Assembly: GCA_964435915.1 (NCBI GenBank)
Contig: CAYTAO010000004.1
Location: 226-54,861 of the forward strand
Length of the DNA stretch: 54,636 nt
Source of the DNA: an uncultured Dehalococcoidales bacterium
Lineage (GTDB): Bacteria; Chloroflexota; Dehalococcoidia; Lucifugimonadales; Lucifugimonadaceae
Direction: 5' to 3'
Shown here: positions 39,834 through 50,289 of the stretch, piece by piece
Position numbering within the stretch: position 1 is the first letter of the stretch
Layout of the letters: every line of letters starts with the position of its first letter
The notes under the pieces: model-generated
Databases searched by the model: none
Told to the model about the DNA's origin: nothing
Seen by the model: the letters and a program-made list of their open reading frames with translations, nothing else
Made by a program: the position numbers and the translations under genes

Positions 39834-41057
39834 TTAAAGATCAACACCCGAAGCTTTTGCGACAGTCTCGAGGTCTTTGTCCCCTCGGCCGCTGAGTAGC
39901 AGCAACACAATCTGGTCTTTAGGCAAGGTGGGAACCCACTTCATCATGTACCCAATGGCGTGTGCAGGTTCCAGCGCGGGAATGATGCCCTCGGACCGGC
40001 TCAATAACCTGACCCCTGCCAGCGCGTCGTCATCGGTTGCCGAAACGTACGTCGCGCGTTCGGTGTCCTTCAAATAGCTGTGTTCCGGTCCGACACCCGG
40101 GTAGTCCAGGCCGGCCGAGATGCTGTGGGCCTCTGTTATCTGTCCGTGCTCATCTTGCAGGAGGTAACTCATCGAGCCGTGCAGCACGCCGGGACGACCT
40201 TTGGTCATCGTTGCTGCATGGCGTTTTTCGAGACCTTCACCTGACGCCTCGACGCCAATAAGCCCAACTTCGGTGTTTTTAATAAATCCTGAGAAGATAC
40301 CCATAGCGTTCGATCCACCGCCAACGCATGCAACTACGTAGTCGGGAAGCCTGCCCGTCATCTGAATGACCTGTGCGCGGGCTTCTGCCCCGATAACCGC
40401 CTGAAAATCCCGAACCAGCTTTGGGTACGGGTGAGGGCCCACAACACTACCGATGATGTAGTGAGTTGTCTCCACGTTCGACACCCAGTCACGGATCGCT
40501 TCATTCGTGGCATCTTTGAGCGTGCGACTACCCGATGAAACTGGCTCGACTTTTGCCCCGAGTTCCTTCATTCGGTAGACGTTGGGCGCCTGGCGAGCAA
40601 TGTCTGTGTCACCCATGTAGACGATGCACTCGAGTCCCATCTGTGCACAGACAGTAGCCGTGGCAACGCCGTGCATGCCAGCACCCGTTTCGGCGATGAT
40701 TCGCTTCTTGCCGAGTCGCTTTGCCAGTAGAGCCTGACCTATTGCGTTATTGATCTTGTGAGCGCCAGTGTGGTTCAGGTCTTCTCGCTTGATGTAGATC
40801 TGTGGCCCGCCGAGTTTTTCGCTGAGATTTTTAGCGTGGTACATCGCCGAAGGACGCCCGACGTAGTGGGTTAGTAGGTCTTCGTACTCTTCCCAGAACG
40901 AATCATCTTGTCGCGCCTCGTCGAAGGCATTCTCCAGCTCCGTGAGAGCGGCCATAAGGGTTTCGGGTACGAATTTGCCGCCGTATGGACCGAATCGTCC
41001 GAGAGAATCGGGCAGTGACTCAGAAGCGGGATCGTAGTTGAATGAAGTAGATGTCAT
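39834..41057 (-). CDS. trpB: Tryptophan synthase beta chain
   Basis: [63 protein letters not shown]; start ATG 41057 or GTG 41084. Confidence 0.97.
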   Translation of the reverse strand: MTSTSFNYDPASESLPDSLGRFGPYGGKFVPETLMAALTELENAFDEARQDDSFWEEYEDLLTHYVGRPSAMYHAKNLSEKLGGPQIYIKREDLNHTGAHKINNAIGQALLAKRLGKKRIIAETGAGMHGVATATVCAQMGLECIVYMGDTDIARQAPNVYRMKELGAKVEPVSSGSRTLKDATNEAIRDWVSNVETTHYIIGSVVGPHPYPKLVRDFQAVIGAEARAQVIQMTGRLPDYVVACVGGGSNAMGIFSGFIKNTEVGLIGVEASGEGLEKRHAATMTKGRPGVLHGSMSYLLQDEHGQITEAHSISAGLDYPGVGPEHSYLKDTERATYVSATDDDALAGVRLLSRSEGIIPALEPAHAIGYMMKWVPTLPKDQIVLLLLSGRGDKDLETVAKASGVDL

Positions 41058-41224
41058 CGAATATTGCAGTACAAAACAGGTCACAGGCGTTGTGATTCGG
41101 TTGGTAAATTAGAACCCGAATTTGGAGCGTAATGCTCAATCGCAAGCTAGGATAGCAGCGGAGAAGCGGGTCAACTGCGTCTAGCGCGGCGGGCAGGCCG
41201 TTTATCTCTCCACCCGGAATTTCT

Positions 41225-41740
41225 ATGAGGACTTACGCACCGTTGCCCCAGACGAGTTCAAAACGACCGGACATGGACGAGTACATGATGGCGATTGCTG
41301 TTGGTGTTCGAGCACGGGCCAACTGTCTTGGCAGCCATATTGGAGCCGTGCTGGCACGGGACGGGCACATCGTTTCGACCGGCTACAACGGCACCCCGCA
41401 CAACACTCCGAACTGCGACGAAGGCGGCTGTGGACGCTGTTCGAGTCGTGATGACTATCCTTCCGGCACCGGTTACGACCTGTGCATCTGTGTTCACGCC
41501 GAACAAAACGCACTTCTTTCTGCAGCACGATTCGGTATTGCTGTTGAAGGATCGGTTCTCTACACGACATGGCGACCCTGCTTTGGCTGCACAAAAGAGA
41601 TGCTGCAAGCCGGTGTGGCTGGTGTTCGATATGGACGTGACTGGGAGCCGCGAGAAGACCTGCGCGAAGAGTACGAACGCCTGCAGGGCTACTTTCCTGC
41701 TGGCGTAGAAAAAGTCGAAATACCAGAGCTAATTGATTAG
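41225..41740 (+). CDS. dCMP deaminase family (ComEB-like)
   Basis: STGYNGTP, CVHAEQNA, PCFGC zinc motifs; start uncertain. Confidence 0.9.
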   Translation: MRTYAPLPQTSSKRPDMDEYMMAIAVGVRARANCLGSHIGAVLARDGHIVSTGYNGTPHNTPNCDEGGCGRCSSRDDYPSGTGYDLCICVHAEQNALLSAARFGIAVEGSVLYTTWRPCFGCTKEMLQAGVAGVRYGRDWEPREDLREEYERLQGYFPAGVEKVEIPELID

Positions 41741-42022
41741 AAATCGCCTTTTCGGCAATCATAAAAATCGAAACCATAGCTCTCCTAGACCCCTCCGATG
41801 GAACGATAACTTCTTGGAACCCATCGTTCTCTCTCAGCATGCACACTCACCTTGAGTTTTTATTGACTCTCGGAATCAACAATTCGTCAACTACCCTCAA
41901 CCTGCCACTTCTTGAGTGTCAGATCAGGGAATAGGCAGGTCGCTGCTAAACTTCCCGGAATTTAGATTTTCTACACGAACTTTCAACACCGCATTGGACG
42001 CATCTGGGAACGGCTAAAACTT

Positions 42023-43738
42023 ATGGAAAGCACTCATTCACCGCACGGCTTGATTGGCGAGGCCTACCGACCACCCAAGATCGGCACCAAGGGCGCGGTG
42101 GTCTCCAATCACACGATGTCGACGCAGGCGGGAATGCGGATACTTCATCAGGGGGGTAACGCTGTAGACGCCGCGATTGCAGTTGCATTTGCACTTGGCC
42201 CTGCCGAGCCACAGGGTTCGTCGATTGCAGGAGATGGGTTCGTGATGATCCACATGGCAGGAAGTAAAAAAATTGATGTGGTGAATGGAACCGGTGCAGC
42301 TCCTATGGCGGCAACAGCCGACAGGTACTCGGGAGGCATACCCGTCACCGGGATTCTTGGCACTTCAGTACCGGGCATTCTCGATGCACTGCTTGCCGCA
42401 CACGACAAGTACGGCGAGTTGCCGCTTGCGCAGTGCTTGGAACCGGCGATTGAGCTGTGCGAAGAAGGTGTTCCCGTCTCAGCTTTCCAGTCAAGCCAGA
42501 GCGCGAATAATCCAGTGCTCCGAAGCTCAGCGACCTCGGGGCCTGTATTCGCCCCTAACGGGGAGTGGCTAAAACCCGGCGAGATTCGCAGAAACCCCGA
42601 TCTTGCACGTTCTTTCAAACTTATTGCCGATCAGGGTAGAGATGCCTTTTATGAAGGTGATATTGCTCGCGAGATCGCCCGGTTTTCGGAAGAAAGCGAT
42701 GGGCTGCTTACGTACGAGGACCTTAAACGCCACACAGTCGAGTGGCAGGAGGGAATTTCGGTCAACTATCGTGGGCGAACGGTGTACGAAGCGCCCCCTA
42801 ACTCGAGCGGCCACGTGTTGCTGCAAGAACTGGGGATGTTCGAACAGTTTGACATCGATGAGTACGGGTATATGACGGCAGAATCCGCACACCTAATGAT
42901 AGAAGCCAAAAAGCTGGCATTTGCGGACCGCGAGGCGTACATGGCAGATCCCAACTACGTCGATGTGCCGATCGAAGGACTGCTCGATCCCGAGTACATG
43001 ATGGAGCGAGCGAAACTCATTGATGTTGAGAGGGCTGCAGAATTCGTCGATGAAGGCGATCCGTGGGCGTATATGGATCGATCTCCCGAATCATCGAAGA
43101 AACATCGTATAGGCGGTCGACTCCACAATGCTGGACCCGACACTACGCATTTCTGTGTTGTCGATCGCTGGGGGAACTCTGTAGGAGAGCTACAGAGCAT
43201 CCAAGCGGCGTATGGATCGCAGGTGATCGCCGGGTCGACCGGCATCATCCTGAACAATCGTATGACCTACTGGCACCTTGACCCTGGACACATAGACTTC
43301 CTGAACCCCGGCCAGCGGGTGCGTCACACGATGAATCCTGTGATGGTTTTTTCCGCGCCGGTTGATCAGGGAGGCAATCTGGAGATGGTCTACGGAACGC
43401 CGGGTGGCGACACGCAGGTGCAGACCAACCTGCAAATTGTTACCAGTGTTTTCGACTATGGTCTGAACGTGGCTGAGGCGATAGACGGTCCTCGTTGGAC
43501 GCACAACCAGCTGGGTACCAACTCATTCGTAACCATGCGGGATGAAAGCTCACTCTGGATCGAAGACCGGGCAGGCGAAGCGGTGATCGAGGGTCTTGCG
43601 AGGCGTGGACACCCGGTTGAACTGACGGGTAGCTGGGGCGGTGCTGGAAGCGTAGGCGCAATTCAGGTCGATCTTGAAAACGGCACCCTGTTTGCTGCAT
43701 CAGATCCTCGAAGAGAAGGAGACGCTCAGGTTTGGTGA
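42023..43738 (+). CDS. Gamma-glutamyltransferase family protein
   Basis: GGNAVDAA, VPG, EAPPNSSG, autocleavage DTTHFCVVD, LNNRM, GTPGGD.Q, SDPRREG. Confidence 0.92.
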   Translation: MESTHSPHGLIGEAYRPPKIGTKGAVVSNHTMSTQAGMRILHQGGNAVDAAIAVAFALGPAEPQGSSIAGDGFVMIHMAGSKKIDVVNGTGAAPMAATADRYSGGIPVTGILGTSVPGILDALLAAHDKYGELPLAQCLEPAIELCEEGVPVSAFQSSQSANNPVLRSSATSGPVFAPNGEWLKPGEIRRNPDLARSFKLIADQGRDAFYEGDIAREIARFSEESDGLLTYEDLKRHTVEWQEGISVNYRGRTVYEAPPNSSGHVLLQELGMFEQFDIDEYGYMTAESAHLMIEAKKLAFADREAYMADPNYVDVPIEGLLDPEYMMERAKLIDVERAAEFVDEGDPWAYMDRSPESSKKHRIGGRLHNAGPDTTHFCVVDRWGNSVGELQSIQAAYGSQVIAGSTGIILNNRMTYWHLDPGHIDFLNPGQRVRHTMNPVMVFSAPVDQGGNLEMVYGTPGGDTQVQTNLQIVTSVFDYGLNVAEAIDGPRWTHNQLGTNSFVTMRDESSLWIEDRAGEAVIEGLARRGHPVELTGSWGGAGSVGAIQVDLENGTLFAASDPRREGDAQVW

Positions 43739-44292
43739 CAAGCGGACGGGCAACTCCATAAAGTCACGAAATCCCAGACCGACTCGACCGCTTCGAATAA
43801 GGTGGAGCTGTCGAGGTACTGGCCACCATGAAGTACCCACTCCTGGCCGAGCTTCAGTACGAGCACGATTAACAACCATTTGACGAGGCGTTGTCGAGTC
43901 ATCTCGTAGTTCGGCCAGTAGTTAAGCCTGATAGCGACGAAAACAAACCAGAACTCGAACACGTTTGGGAACACGAGAAGCACCGGTCTTACCTGCGTTA
44001 ACTCGAATGCCACGAAACCGATCATCCTGAATGCAAATAGGCCGATTGCGATTGTTCGTTCTGGGCCCACCCATCTATTTGCCACCCACATGAACGTGAG
44101 CATGTAGACGTGGTCGAGCCACTTATCGAAGATCTGGTAGTTACGTAAACCACCCAAATCGAGTACGCCCATGAAGAACAGGTCGGAAAAATCGACCACA
44201 ATTGCAATCAGAGCACCCGCAAACGCCCATCGCAGCACCGGCAGTGACCCTGCGATACGAATGAGTCCTATGACAAGTTGTTCCAGAGTCAT
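43726..44292 (-). CDS. Hypothetical membrane protein
   Basis: About 5 hydrophobic segments; DFSDL, YQIFDKWLD, FPNVFEFW; 3' end overlaps the convergent GGT gene by 13 nt. Confidence 0.75.
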   Translation of the reverse strand: MTLEQLVIGLIRIAGSLPVLRWAFAGALIAIVVDFSDLFFMGVLDLGGLRNYQIFDKWLDHVYMLTFMWVANRWVGPERTIAIGLFAFRMIGFVAFELTQVRPVLLVFPNVFEFWFVFVAIRLNYWPNYEMTRQRLVKWLLIVLVLKLGQEWVLHGGQYLDSSTLFEAVESVWDFVTLWSCPSACHQT

Positions 44293-44312
44293 GTCTGTTG
44301 GAGGGCGATGTT

Positions 44313-44475
44313 TATCATTGTGAGGAGTTTTACGACGTGGTACTCACCGGCCAGGGTATCCTGCGTTGCGATTTTTCCAGCACATATCTTGCCATCATGA
44401 CGTTACCCGATTCGCACATCTACCGCGAGTTGACCATCGATTGCCGCGTCAGCCTGTGGCTTCTTCGCATTGACA
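44313..44475. repeat. Gene-less inverted doublet (REPIN-like) of the TGTCATTGCGAGGAG...GGCAATC repeat
   Basis: 44313-44345 matches 28116-28148 at 28/33. The reverse complement of 44439-44475 is TGTCAATGCGAAGAAGCCACAGGCTGACGCGGCAATC. Spacer 93 nt. Confidence 0.75.
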
Positions 44476-44575
44476 GAGCAGTAACCCAAATCCCAAAACC
44501 CCAACTATAATTTCCCGAGTTCATGAAGCGCGATTATGCACCTTGTACGAAAATCCCGAACTTGTGAGTTAAAAC

Positions 44576-45514
44576 ATGAAATATCGATACCTTGGTAACT
44601 CCGGACTTGAAGTTAGCGTTATTGGTCTTGGTACCAACAACTTCGGCGGTCGTATGGAGTTCAAGGAGGCGCGCGAAGTGATCTTCACTGCTCTCGATGA
44701 AGGTGTTAACCTCATCGACACCGCGAACATCTACTCGCACGGCAACTCAGAAGAGATCATAGGTCGTTCGCTGGTGGACCGACGGGATGAAGCCCTGATC
44801 GCAACGAAGTTCGGCCTGCTCTGGGAAGACGGCCCCCATGGCAAAGGCGGGTCTCGTAAGCATATTGTCGATGCCCTTGAAGGATCGCTACGACGTCTTC
44901 AGACCGATCATGTTGATCTTTACCAGATACACATGCAGGATCCCGAGACGCCGATCGAAGAGACGCTCAGAGCGCTCGATGACATGGTTCGAGACGGCAA
45001 GGTGCGATACATCGGGCTTTCAAACTTCGATCCCTGGCGGATCGCCGATGCACAGTGGACCGCAAGACATCATGGCTATACACCGTTTATCTCCTCACAG
45101 CCCGAGTACTCGATGCTCGAACGTGGTGTTGAGCGAGCCGTGCTGCCTGTCTCCGAGAAATACGGACTTGGCACACTGCCTTACTTCCCACTTGCACACG
45201 GGTTCCTGACCGGAAAGTACCGCCGCAACGAAGCTGTCGGGGAGAACACTCGACTGGCGCTCACTCCTGCTGCACAGGAAAGGCGACTTTCAGATGCCAA
45301 CTTCGACATTCTCGATCAACTCGAAGTGTTCGTCGAAAAGCGAGGACACACGATGGTTGAGTTGGCGTTCGCGTGGCTTCTGGGAACGTCGGCCGTTAGT
45401 TCTGTGATCGCCGGTGCGAGCACTCCTGATCAGATTCGCCAGAACGCTGCAGCTGCCGACTGGGAATTGACAGCAGATGAGATGGAAGAACTGAACGGAA
45501 TTCTCGACGGGTAA
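44576..45514 (+). CDS. Aldo/keto reductase
   Basis: LGNSGLEVSVIGLG, IDTANIY, IATKFG, DLYQIH, GKVRYIGLSN, YFPLAHG. Confidence 0.95.
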   Translation: MKYRYLGNSGLEVSVIGLGTNNFGGRMEFKEAREVIFTALDEGVNLIDTANIYSHGNSEEIIGRSLVDRRDEALIATKFGLLWEDGPHGKGGSRKHIVDALEGSLRRLQTDHVDLYQIHMQDPETPIEETLRALDDMVRDGKVRYIGLSNFDPWRIADAQWTARHHGYTPFISSQPEYSMLERGVERAVLPVSEKYGLGTLPYFPLAHGFLTGKYRRNEAVGENTRLALTPAAQERRLSDANFDILDQLEVFVEKRGHTMVELAFAWLLGTSAVSSVIAGASTPDQIRQNAAAADWELTADEMEELNGILDG

Positions 45515-45808
45515 GTAGCGCCTGGGATCTGTGGGTAGGGACGCTTTTCGCTCATGCGAGGCTCTCGTATTAAAGATCCGCTGTTGTAGGCGCCTTTGCA
45601 GAAGAGCATGAAGCTACAAATCTTGTAAGTTGTGTTGTGAGCGCTACAAGAGTCACGCCTTTTGTTTTGACCATCTATTGAGCATGAAATTTATGCATCC
45701 ATGGCACATCAGTAATTCCCCATATCGTCATGACCCAAAAAGTTCGGATCGCGTGAGCCGTCAGTTCACGCCACGGTGAGCCTATGGAGTCTGTAGAGTG
45801 TTCCGAAC

Positions 45809-47311
45809 ATGCCAGAACACATACTCGCAATCGATCAGGGAACAACCTCAACTCGGGCGATAGTTTTCGACTCGATAGCTACGCCTTTAGGAACTGCTCA
45901 GGTCGAGCTTTCACAGCATTTTCCACAGCCCGGCTGGGTTGAACATGACCCAATAGAAATTGTTGAAGCAGCCGTAAGTGTTGCGAAACAGGCCATAGCA
46001 CGCGCACAGCTTGCACCAAACGATATCGCAGCAATTGGGATAACCAATCAGCGCGAAACCGTCATCGTCTGGGAACGTTCGACCGGTCGACCCGTTGCCA
46101 ACGCAATCGTTTGGCAGGACAGGCGAACGGCCGAAATTTGTGCCGACATTGGCCGTGGAAGCCATGTTCAGGATATTCGTCAGATCACCGGTCTGGTAGT
46201 TGATCCCTATTTCAGTGCAACGAAGCTGATGTGGCTGCTGGCAACAATTCCGAACAGCCAGCAGCGCGCTGAAGCCGGTGAACTATGCTTCGGAACGGTC
46301 GATACATGGCTGCTCTGGCATCTCACAAACGGTGCAGTGCATGCGACTGATGCCACGAATGCCTCTCGAACGATGCTTCTGAATCTCCACGATCTGGAAT
46401 GGGATCCAGAGATGCTGAACCTGTTCGACGTTCCAGAAATCATGCTTCCAGAGGTTCGTGGATCAGCGGACGACTTCGGGGTCACCGATAAGTCGATATT
46501 CGGTGTCGAAATCCCGATCACAGCGATGGCCGGTGATCAACATGCAGCGCTGTACGGCCAGGCCTGCTTCAAAAATGGCCAGATCAAGTGCACCTACGGA
46601 ACGGGAGCGTTTGTACTGGCCAACCGGGGCGCAACGCCGCCGATTCAGCAATCCGGCCCGGGAGACTCAGGACTGTTGGCGACACTGGGATTCCAGATGG
46701 GATCGAAAAAACTTTATGCGATCGAAGGCTCAGTGTTCGTTACTGGTGCGACCGTGCAGTGGCTGCGCGACGGGCTTGGGATCATCTCGAACGCTGAAGA
46801 AACCTTCGATATGGCAATGCTGGCCGGGTCGAACGCGGGTGTTTACTTTGTTCCTGCGTTTGTCGGATTGGGGGCACCTCACTGGCAGCCGCACGCAACC
46901 GCTTCGGTCACGGGCATGACTCGCGGTACCTCAAAGCACCACATAGTTCGCGCAGCCCTCGAGTCGACTGCCTATCAGGTGAAAGACGTCGTAGGCGCAA
47001 TGGAGGGCGGTCGAACACGTTCGAATCAGCCGTTGAGAGCTGATGGCGGTCAAAGTAATAATCCGTTTGTGATGCAGTTTCAGGCCGACATTCTCGATCG
47101 GCCCGTCGAGGTTGCTGGTGTTGCCGAAACAACAGCTCTGGGAGCAGCGTTTTTGGCCGGGCGTGGTATCGGGCTTTGGCGATCTGAAAACGAAATCAGC
47201 TCGCTCTGGCAGGCCTCAGCTCGTTACGAGCCATCGATCAGCGAGTCGGAGCGATCGAGCCTTTACGCCGGGTGGCTCGATGCAATCCGTCGTTCGAGTG
47301 CAACGAACTAG
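45809..47311 (+). CDS. glpK: Glycerol kinase
   Basis: AIDQGTTSTR, GITNQRET, VWQDRRT, PYFSATK, TNASRT, GDQHAAL, KCTYGTG, ADGG. Confidence 0.93.
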   Translation: MPEHILAIDQGTTSTRAIVFDSIATPLGTAQVELSQHFPQPGWVEHDPIEIVEAAVSVAKQAIARAQLAPNDIAAIGITNQRETVIVWERSTGRPVANAIVWQDRRTAEICADIGRGSHVQDIRQITGLVVDPYFSATKLMWLLATIPNSQQRAEAGELCFGTVDTWLLWHLTNGAVHATDATNASRTMLLNLHDLEWDPEMLNLFDVPEIMLPEVRGSADDFGVTDKSIFGVEIPITAMAGDQHAALYGQACFKNGQIKCTYGTGAFVLANRGATPPIQQSGPGDSGLLATLGFQMGSKKLYAIEGSVFVTGATVQWLRDGLGIISNAEETFDMAMLAGSNAGVYFVPAFVGLGAPHWQPHATASVTGMTRGTSKHHIVRAALESTAYQVKDVVGAMEGGRTRSNQPLRADGGQSNNPFVMQFQADILDRPVEVAGVAETTALGAAFLAGRGIGLWRSENEISSLWQASARYEPSISESERSSLYAGWLDAIRRSSATN

Positions 47312-47320
47312 GGAATTATT

Positions 47321-48205
47321 TTGACCATTCTTGTTACTGGAGTAACCGGAAAAACGGGTCGCCGCGTAGTCGAATCTCTGGTGACTCGTGGAGTTGGAGT
47401 TCGGGGACTTGTCAGGGACCTTGAACGAGGCAAGATGGCAACTCTCGGAATGGCTGTCGAACTGGCGCTTGGGGATTTCGATGATCCCGAAACGATCGCC
47501 AAAGCAGCCAGAGGGTGCGATGGAATGTACCTCGTGGTAGCCGACGGCAAGGATCAAGTGCGGCAGGAAGTCGATGCGGCCCGAGTAGCTGCCGAAGCGG
47601 GAGTCGATCACATCGTAAAGCTCTCTTCGAGTGACGCAGATCAACGACGCTCCTACTGGGCAGTTGCTCACAGCGATATTGAGCAGGCGTTAGCGAAGAT
47701 GGAGGTTGGTTACTCAGCAGTTCGCCCTAACTACTTCATGGACGGCTTTCTCGACCTCTTCAAGGCCGATTCGTCCGGCAACATTACGATGGAAGTTCCT
47801 ATTGGCGACGGCAAAATTGGTGCGATAGATACCTATGACATCGGTGAAACTAGCGCGGTACTACTGGCGGGCGGGAAACCACTCAATGGGCATGCGCTCC
47901 TCACCGGACCCGAGAACATCTCGATGGTTCGAGTGGCCGATGCATTTGGCAGCGTTGCGGGTCGAAAGATCACCTATGTCAGCCCCGATCCAATCACTTA
48001 CGGGGCCGAGCTAGAAATAGAGGATTCAGCCAGCGCGGGTGATATTGTCGACATTTATGAGGAAATTCGTTCGGGGACTGCGGAAATGGTTTCCAATGAG
48101 GTCAAATGGATAACAGGCACCCCGGCTCGTTCGGTCGAGCAGTTCGCAAGGGCCAACGTCGAGGCTATTAACGCTGCAATATCCGCCGCACTTTCTCGCT
48201 GGTGA
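47321..48205 (+). CDS. NmrA-like NAD(P)-binding protein (atypical SDR)
   Basis: ILVTGVTGKTG, HIVKLSS, VRPNYFM, LTGPE. Confidence 0.88.
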   Translation: MTILVTGVTGKTGRRVVESLVTRGVGVRGLVRDLERGKMATLGMAVELALGDFDDPETIAKAARGCDGMYLVVADGKDQVRQEVDAARVAAEAGVDHIVKLSSSDADQRRSYWAVAHSDIEQALAKMEVGYSAVRPNYFMDGFLDLFKADSSGNITMEVPIGDGKIGAIDTYDIGETSAVLLAGGKPLNGHALLTGPENISMVRVADAFGSVAGRKITYVSPDPITYGAELEIEDSASAGDIVDIYEEIRSGTAEMVSNEVKWITGTPARSVEQFARANVEAINAAISAALSRW

Positions 48206-48278
48206 AACGACACTGATGACTTCTTTGGATGCTAATCTGCCGCCAGATCTTATCAGGTAGTTACTGGAGATATGAGAA

Positions 48279-49286
48279 ATGTACGTTGGAACCCAGGTCG
48301 GGGCGCGAAACGATTCGGACTTTGAGCAGTGGGCGCAGCTCGGAGTCGTCAACGTCTGTTCCGATCCTCCAGATGACGCTCGTACGTGGACGAAGGATGA
48401 TTTGGCCCGCCACAAAGACAAGCTCGACTCGTACGGCATCACGCTAGATATGGTGCAGATTCCGCTTTCGTCGACGACTCTCGATCGGTCCCAGTCTCCG
48501 AACATCATGCTTGGGAAAAGTCCTGAACGAGATCGTGAAATCGAGGTTATCCAGAACATCATTCGTTTGTGCGGTGAGGTTGGGATTCCTTCAGTTAAGT
48601 ACAACATGAACATCATCGGCATCCCGCGCTCAGAACGTGAGGCGGGCAGAGGCGGTTCGTCTAATTCCACTTTCCGATGGTCAAAGATGAACCATGATGA
48701 CCCAACAACTATCGCCGGAGTTGTTGGTGTAGACGAAAACTGGGAACGCATTGACTACTTCCTCGAGCGTGTAGTACCGGCTGCTGAATCAGCAAAAGTT
48801 CGATTGGCATGCCACCCCCACGATCCCTATACACCAGACGGGTACATGGGAGTAACCCGCGTGCTCGGAACGGTCGACGGCATGAAAAAATTCGTGATGA
48901 TGCACGAAAATCCATACCATGGGTTGAACTTCTGCCAGGGCACGGTGACCGAGATGCTCGATGACCCCAACGAAGAGATCGCCGACGTCATTCGATGGTT
49001 TGGGAGTCGTGAGAAGATTTTCAACGTTCACTTCCGAAACATTCGAGGCCATAAACTCGACTTTATGGAGTCGTTCCCGGACGAGGGTAGCATCGACTTC
49101 ACCGAGATCATCAAGGTTTATCAGGAGGTTGGGTACAAGTACATGCTGATGCCAGATCACGTGCCGTGGATCAGTGGCGATGATCCGCAGGGCACCGCCT
49201 TTGCGTTCTGTTACGGCTACATCTCGGCACTACTGCAGTCGATAGGCGAACCCCGGAAGCAAGCATGGGTAACCAAAGGACCGTAA
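48279..49286 (+). CDS. uxuA: Mannonate dehydratase family (UxuA-like)
   Basis: GGAG RBS; FLERVVPAAE, LACHPHDP, GLNFCQG, VHFRN, LMPDHVP; substrate not established. Confidence 0.85.
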   Translation: MYVGTQVGARNDSDFEQWAQLGVVNVCSDPPDDARTWTKDDLARHKDKLDSYGITLDMVQIPLSSTTLDRSQSPNIMLGKSPERDREIEVIQNIIRLCGEVGIPSVKYNMNIIGIPRSEREAGRGGSSNSTFRWSKMNHDDPTTIAGVVGVDENWERIDYFLERVVPAAESAKVRLACHPHDPYTPDGYMGVTRVLGTVDGMKKFVMMHENPYHGLNFCQGTVTEMLDDPNEEIADVIRWFGSREKIFNVHFRNIRGHKLDFMESFPDEGSIDFTEIIKVYQEVGYKYMLMPDHVPWISGDDPQGTAFAFCYGYISALLQSIGEPRKQAWVTKGP

Positions 49287-49309
49287 GTGCCAGTGGCGGC
49301 CGAGTAATT

Positions 49310-49344
49310 CTCCCTCCCTTCATGGGAGGGAGTTAGAGGGTGGG
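49310..49344 (+). repeat. CT/AG-rich palindromic hairpin
   Basis: CTCCCTCCC-TTCAT-GGGAGGGAG perfect 9-bp stem followed by TTAGAGGGTGGG; related hairpin at 50197-50215. Confidence 0.5.
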
Positions 49345-49501
49345 CCGAACCGCTCGAAAATCGCAACCTAGCGAGTCATCAATAACCCTGAATTAAACCC
49401 CCGGAGTGATAGTGAATCAAGTTCAACATGAGGAAGAAAACGGTTCAGCCTGACAGTTGGCTGTTGTAGGCTGATTCGTGAAATTCATAGGAGAAGCTCG
49501 T

Positions 49502-50005
49502 TTGCCAGACAATCAGGAAACAAACAACCTGGTCGCGTATCGTTCGAAAGTGCGGATTGAGCGTGTAAAAGGCCCGATTCGTAGGGCGTATGTCCCGTCG
49601 CACGACGGTCCGGTCATGCTCGGGGTTCATTCGGAAGTAGCGGAGCACTACGGAGTCGATAACACCAAAGTCGATCCATATACGACGACTCTCGACTATG
49701 TGGTCATGGCCACTGCCGGGTGAATGACCGGAACATTTGGCGGTGCCCTTGAGGCCCGCGGGATTCCGGCTGGCGACGGCTTTCTTATTTCAGAGACAGT
49801 TGGCGAGCTAGAAAAAGAGCGAGGTACGCTTGTAATCAAGCGGATACACGTCGCCTATCAACTGAACGTGGAGTCAGGGCTACTCGCCGAGAAGCAAGAT
49901 GCCATTGAGCGCGCATTCGAGTTGCACCCTGACTCTTGCCCGGTGTACCGCAGCATCTACACCAGCATCGACATCACGAAGAAGATCGAGATCAGCGAGG
50001 GTTAG
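49502..50005 (+). CDS. OsmC/Ohr-like redox protein, probable selenoprotein (UGA = Sec at 49721-49723)
   Basis: AGGAG RBS at 49489 and TTG at 49502. The two ORF-track pieces are contiguous in one frame: TTLDYVVMATAG-U-MTGTFGGALEARG...HPDSCPVYRSI. The UGA sits at the first OsmC catalytic Cys position and CPV supplies the second. Confidence 0.85.
49724..49769 (+). promoter_or_regulatory. Candidate bacterial SECIS hairpin
   Basis: CCGGAA(49728-33)/TTCCGG(49764-69) lower stem; GCGG/CCGC and GCC/GGC upper stem with a bulged U; apical loop CTTGA about 25 nt after the UGA. Confidence 0.65.
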
Positions 50006-50196
50006 GCAGGATAATTCATCGGGTTCGTCTGGGGCTTAACGAATCCAGAGTGACGTGTTGGGTCGCCTGCGGTCAGGAATTTTTCAGTACGGATTATGGT
50101 GATATGGGAAAGGTTTCGAGCAGTGGGTTTTGTTCGAACTTTGTTCGGTTGACGCTTTTTGTTATTCCAGTATCAGCGGTCACACGCACCCGTTAA

Positions 50197-50215
50197 CTCT
50201 CTCCTTGAGAGGGAG
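50197..50215 (+). repeat. CT/AG-rich palindromic hairpin
   Basis: CTCTCTC-CTTGA-GAGGGAG, 7-bp stem with one G-T pair. Confidence 0.4.
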
Positions 50216-50289
50216 GACTCACTTGTCCCCGGCGCGATGTTGACTATCCAGCTAATACCTTACTTGCCGGAGAAAAAGTGGCACGCTAC

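Noticed and set aside
41225-41740. Deaminase as an anti-phage dCTP-depletion system
   Set aside because: A short single-domain housekeeping-type protein with no kinase domain and no defence-island context.
45530-45660. Possible GTAG-tagged REP remnants (also near 23493-23535)
   Set aside because: Too degenerate to define a unit or a second copy by eye.
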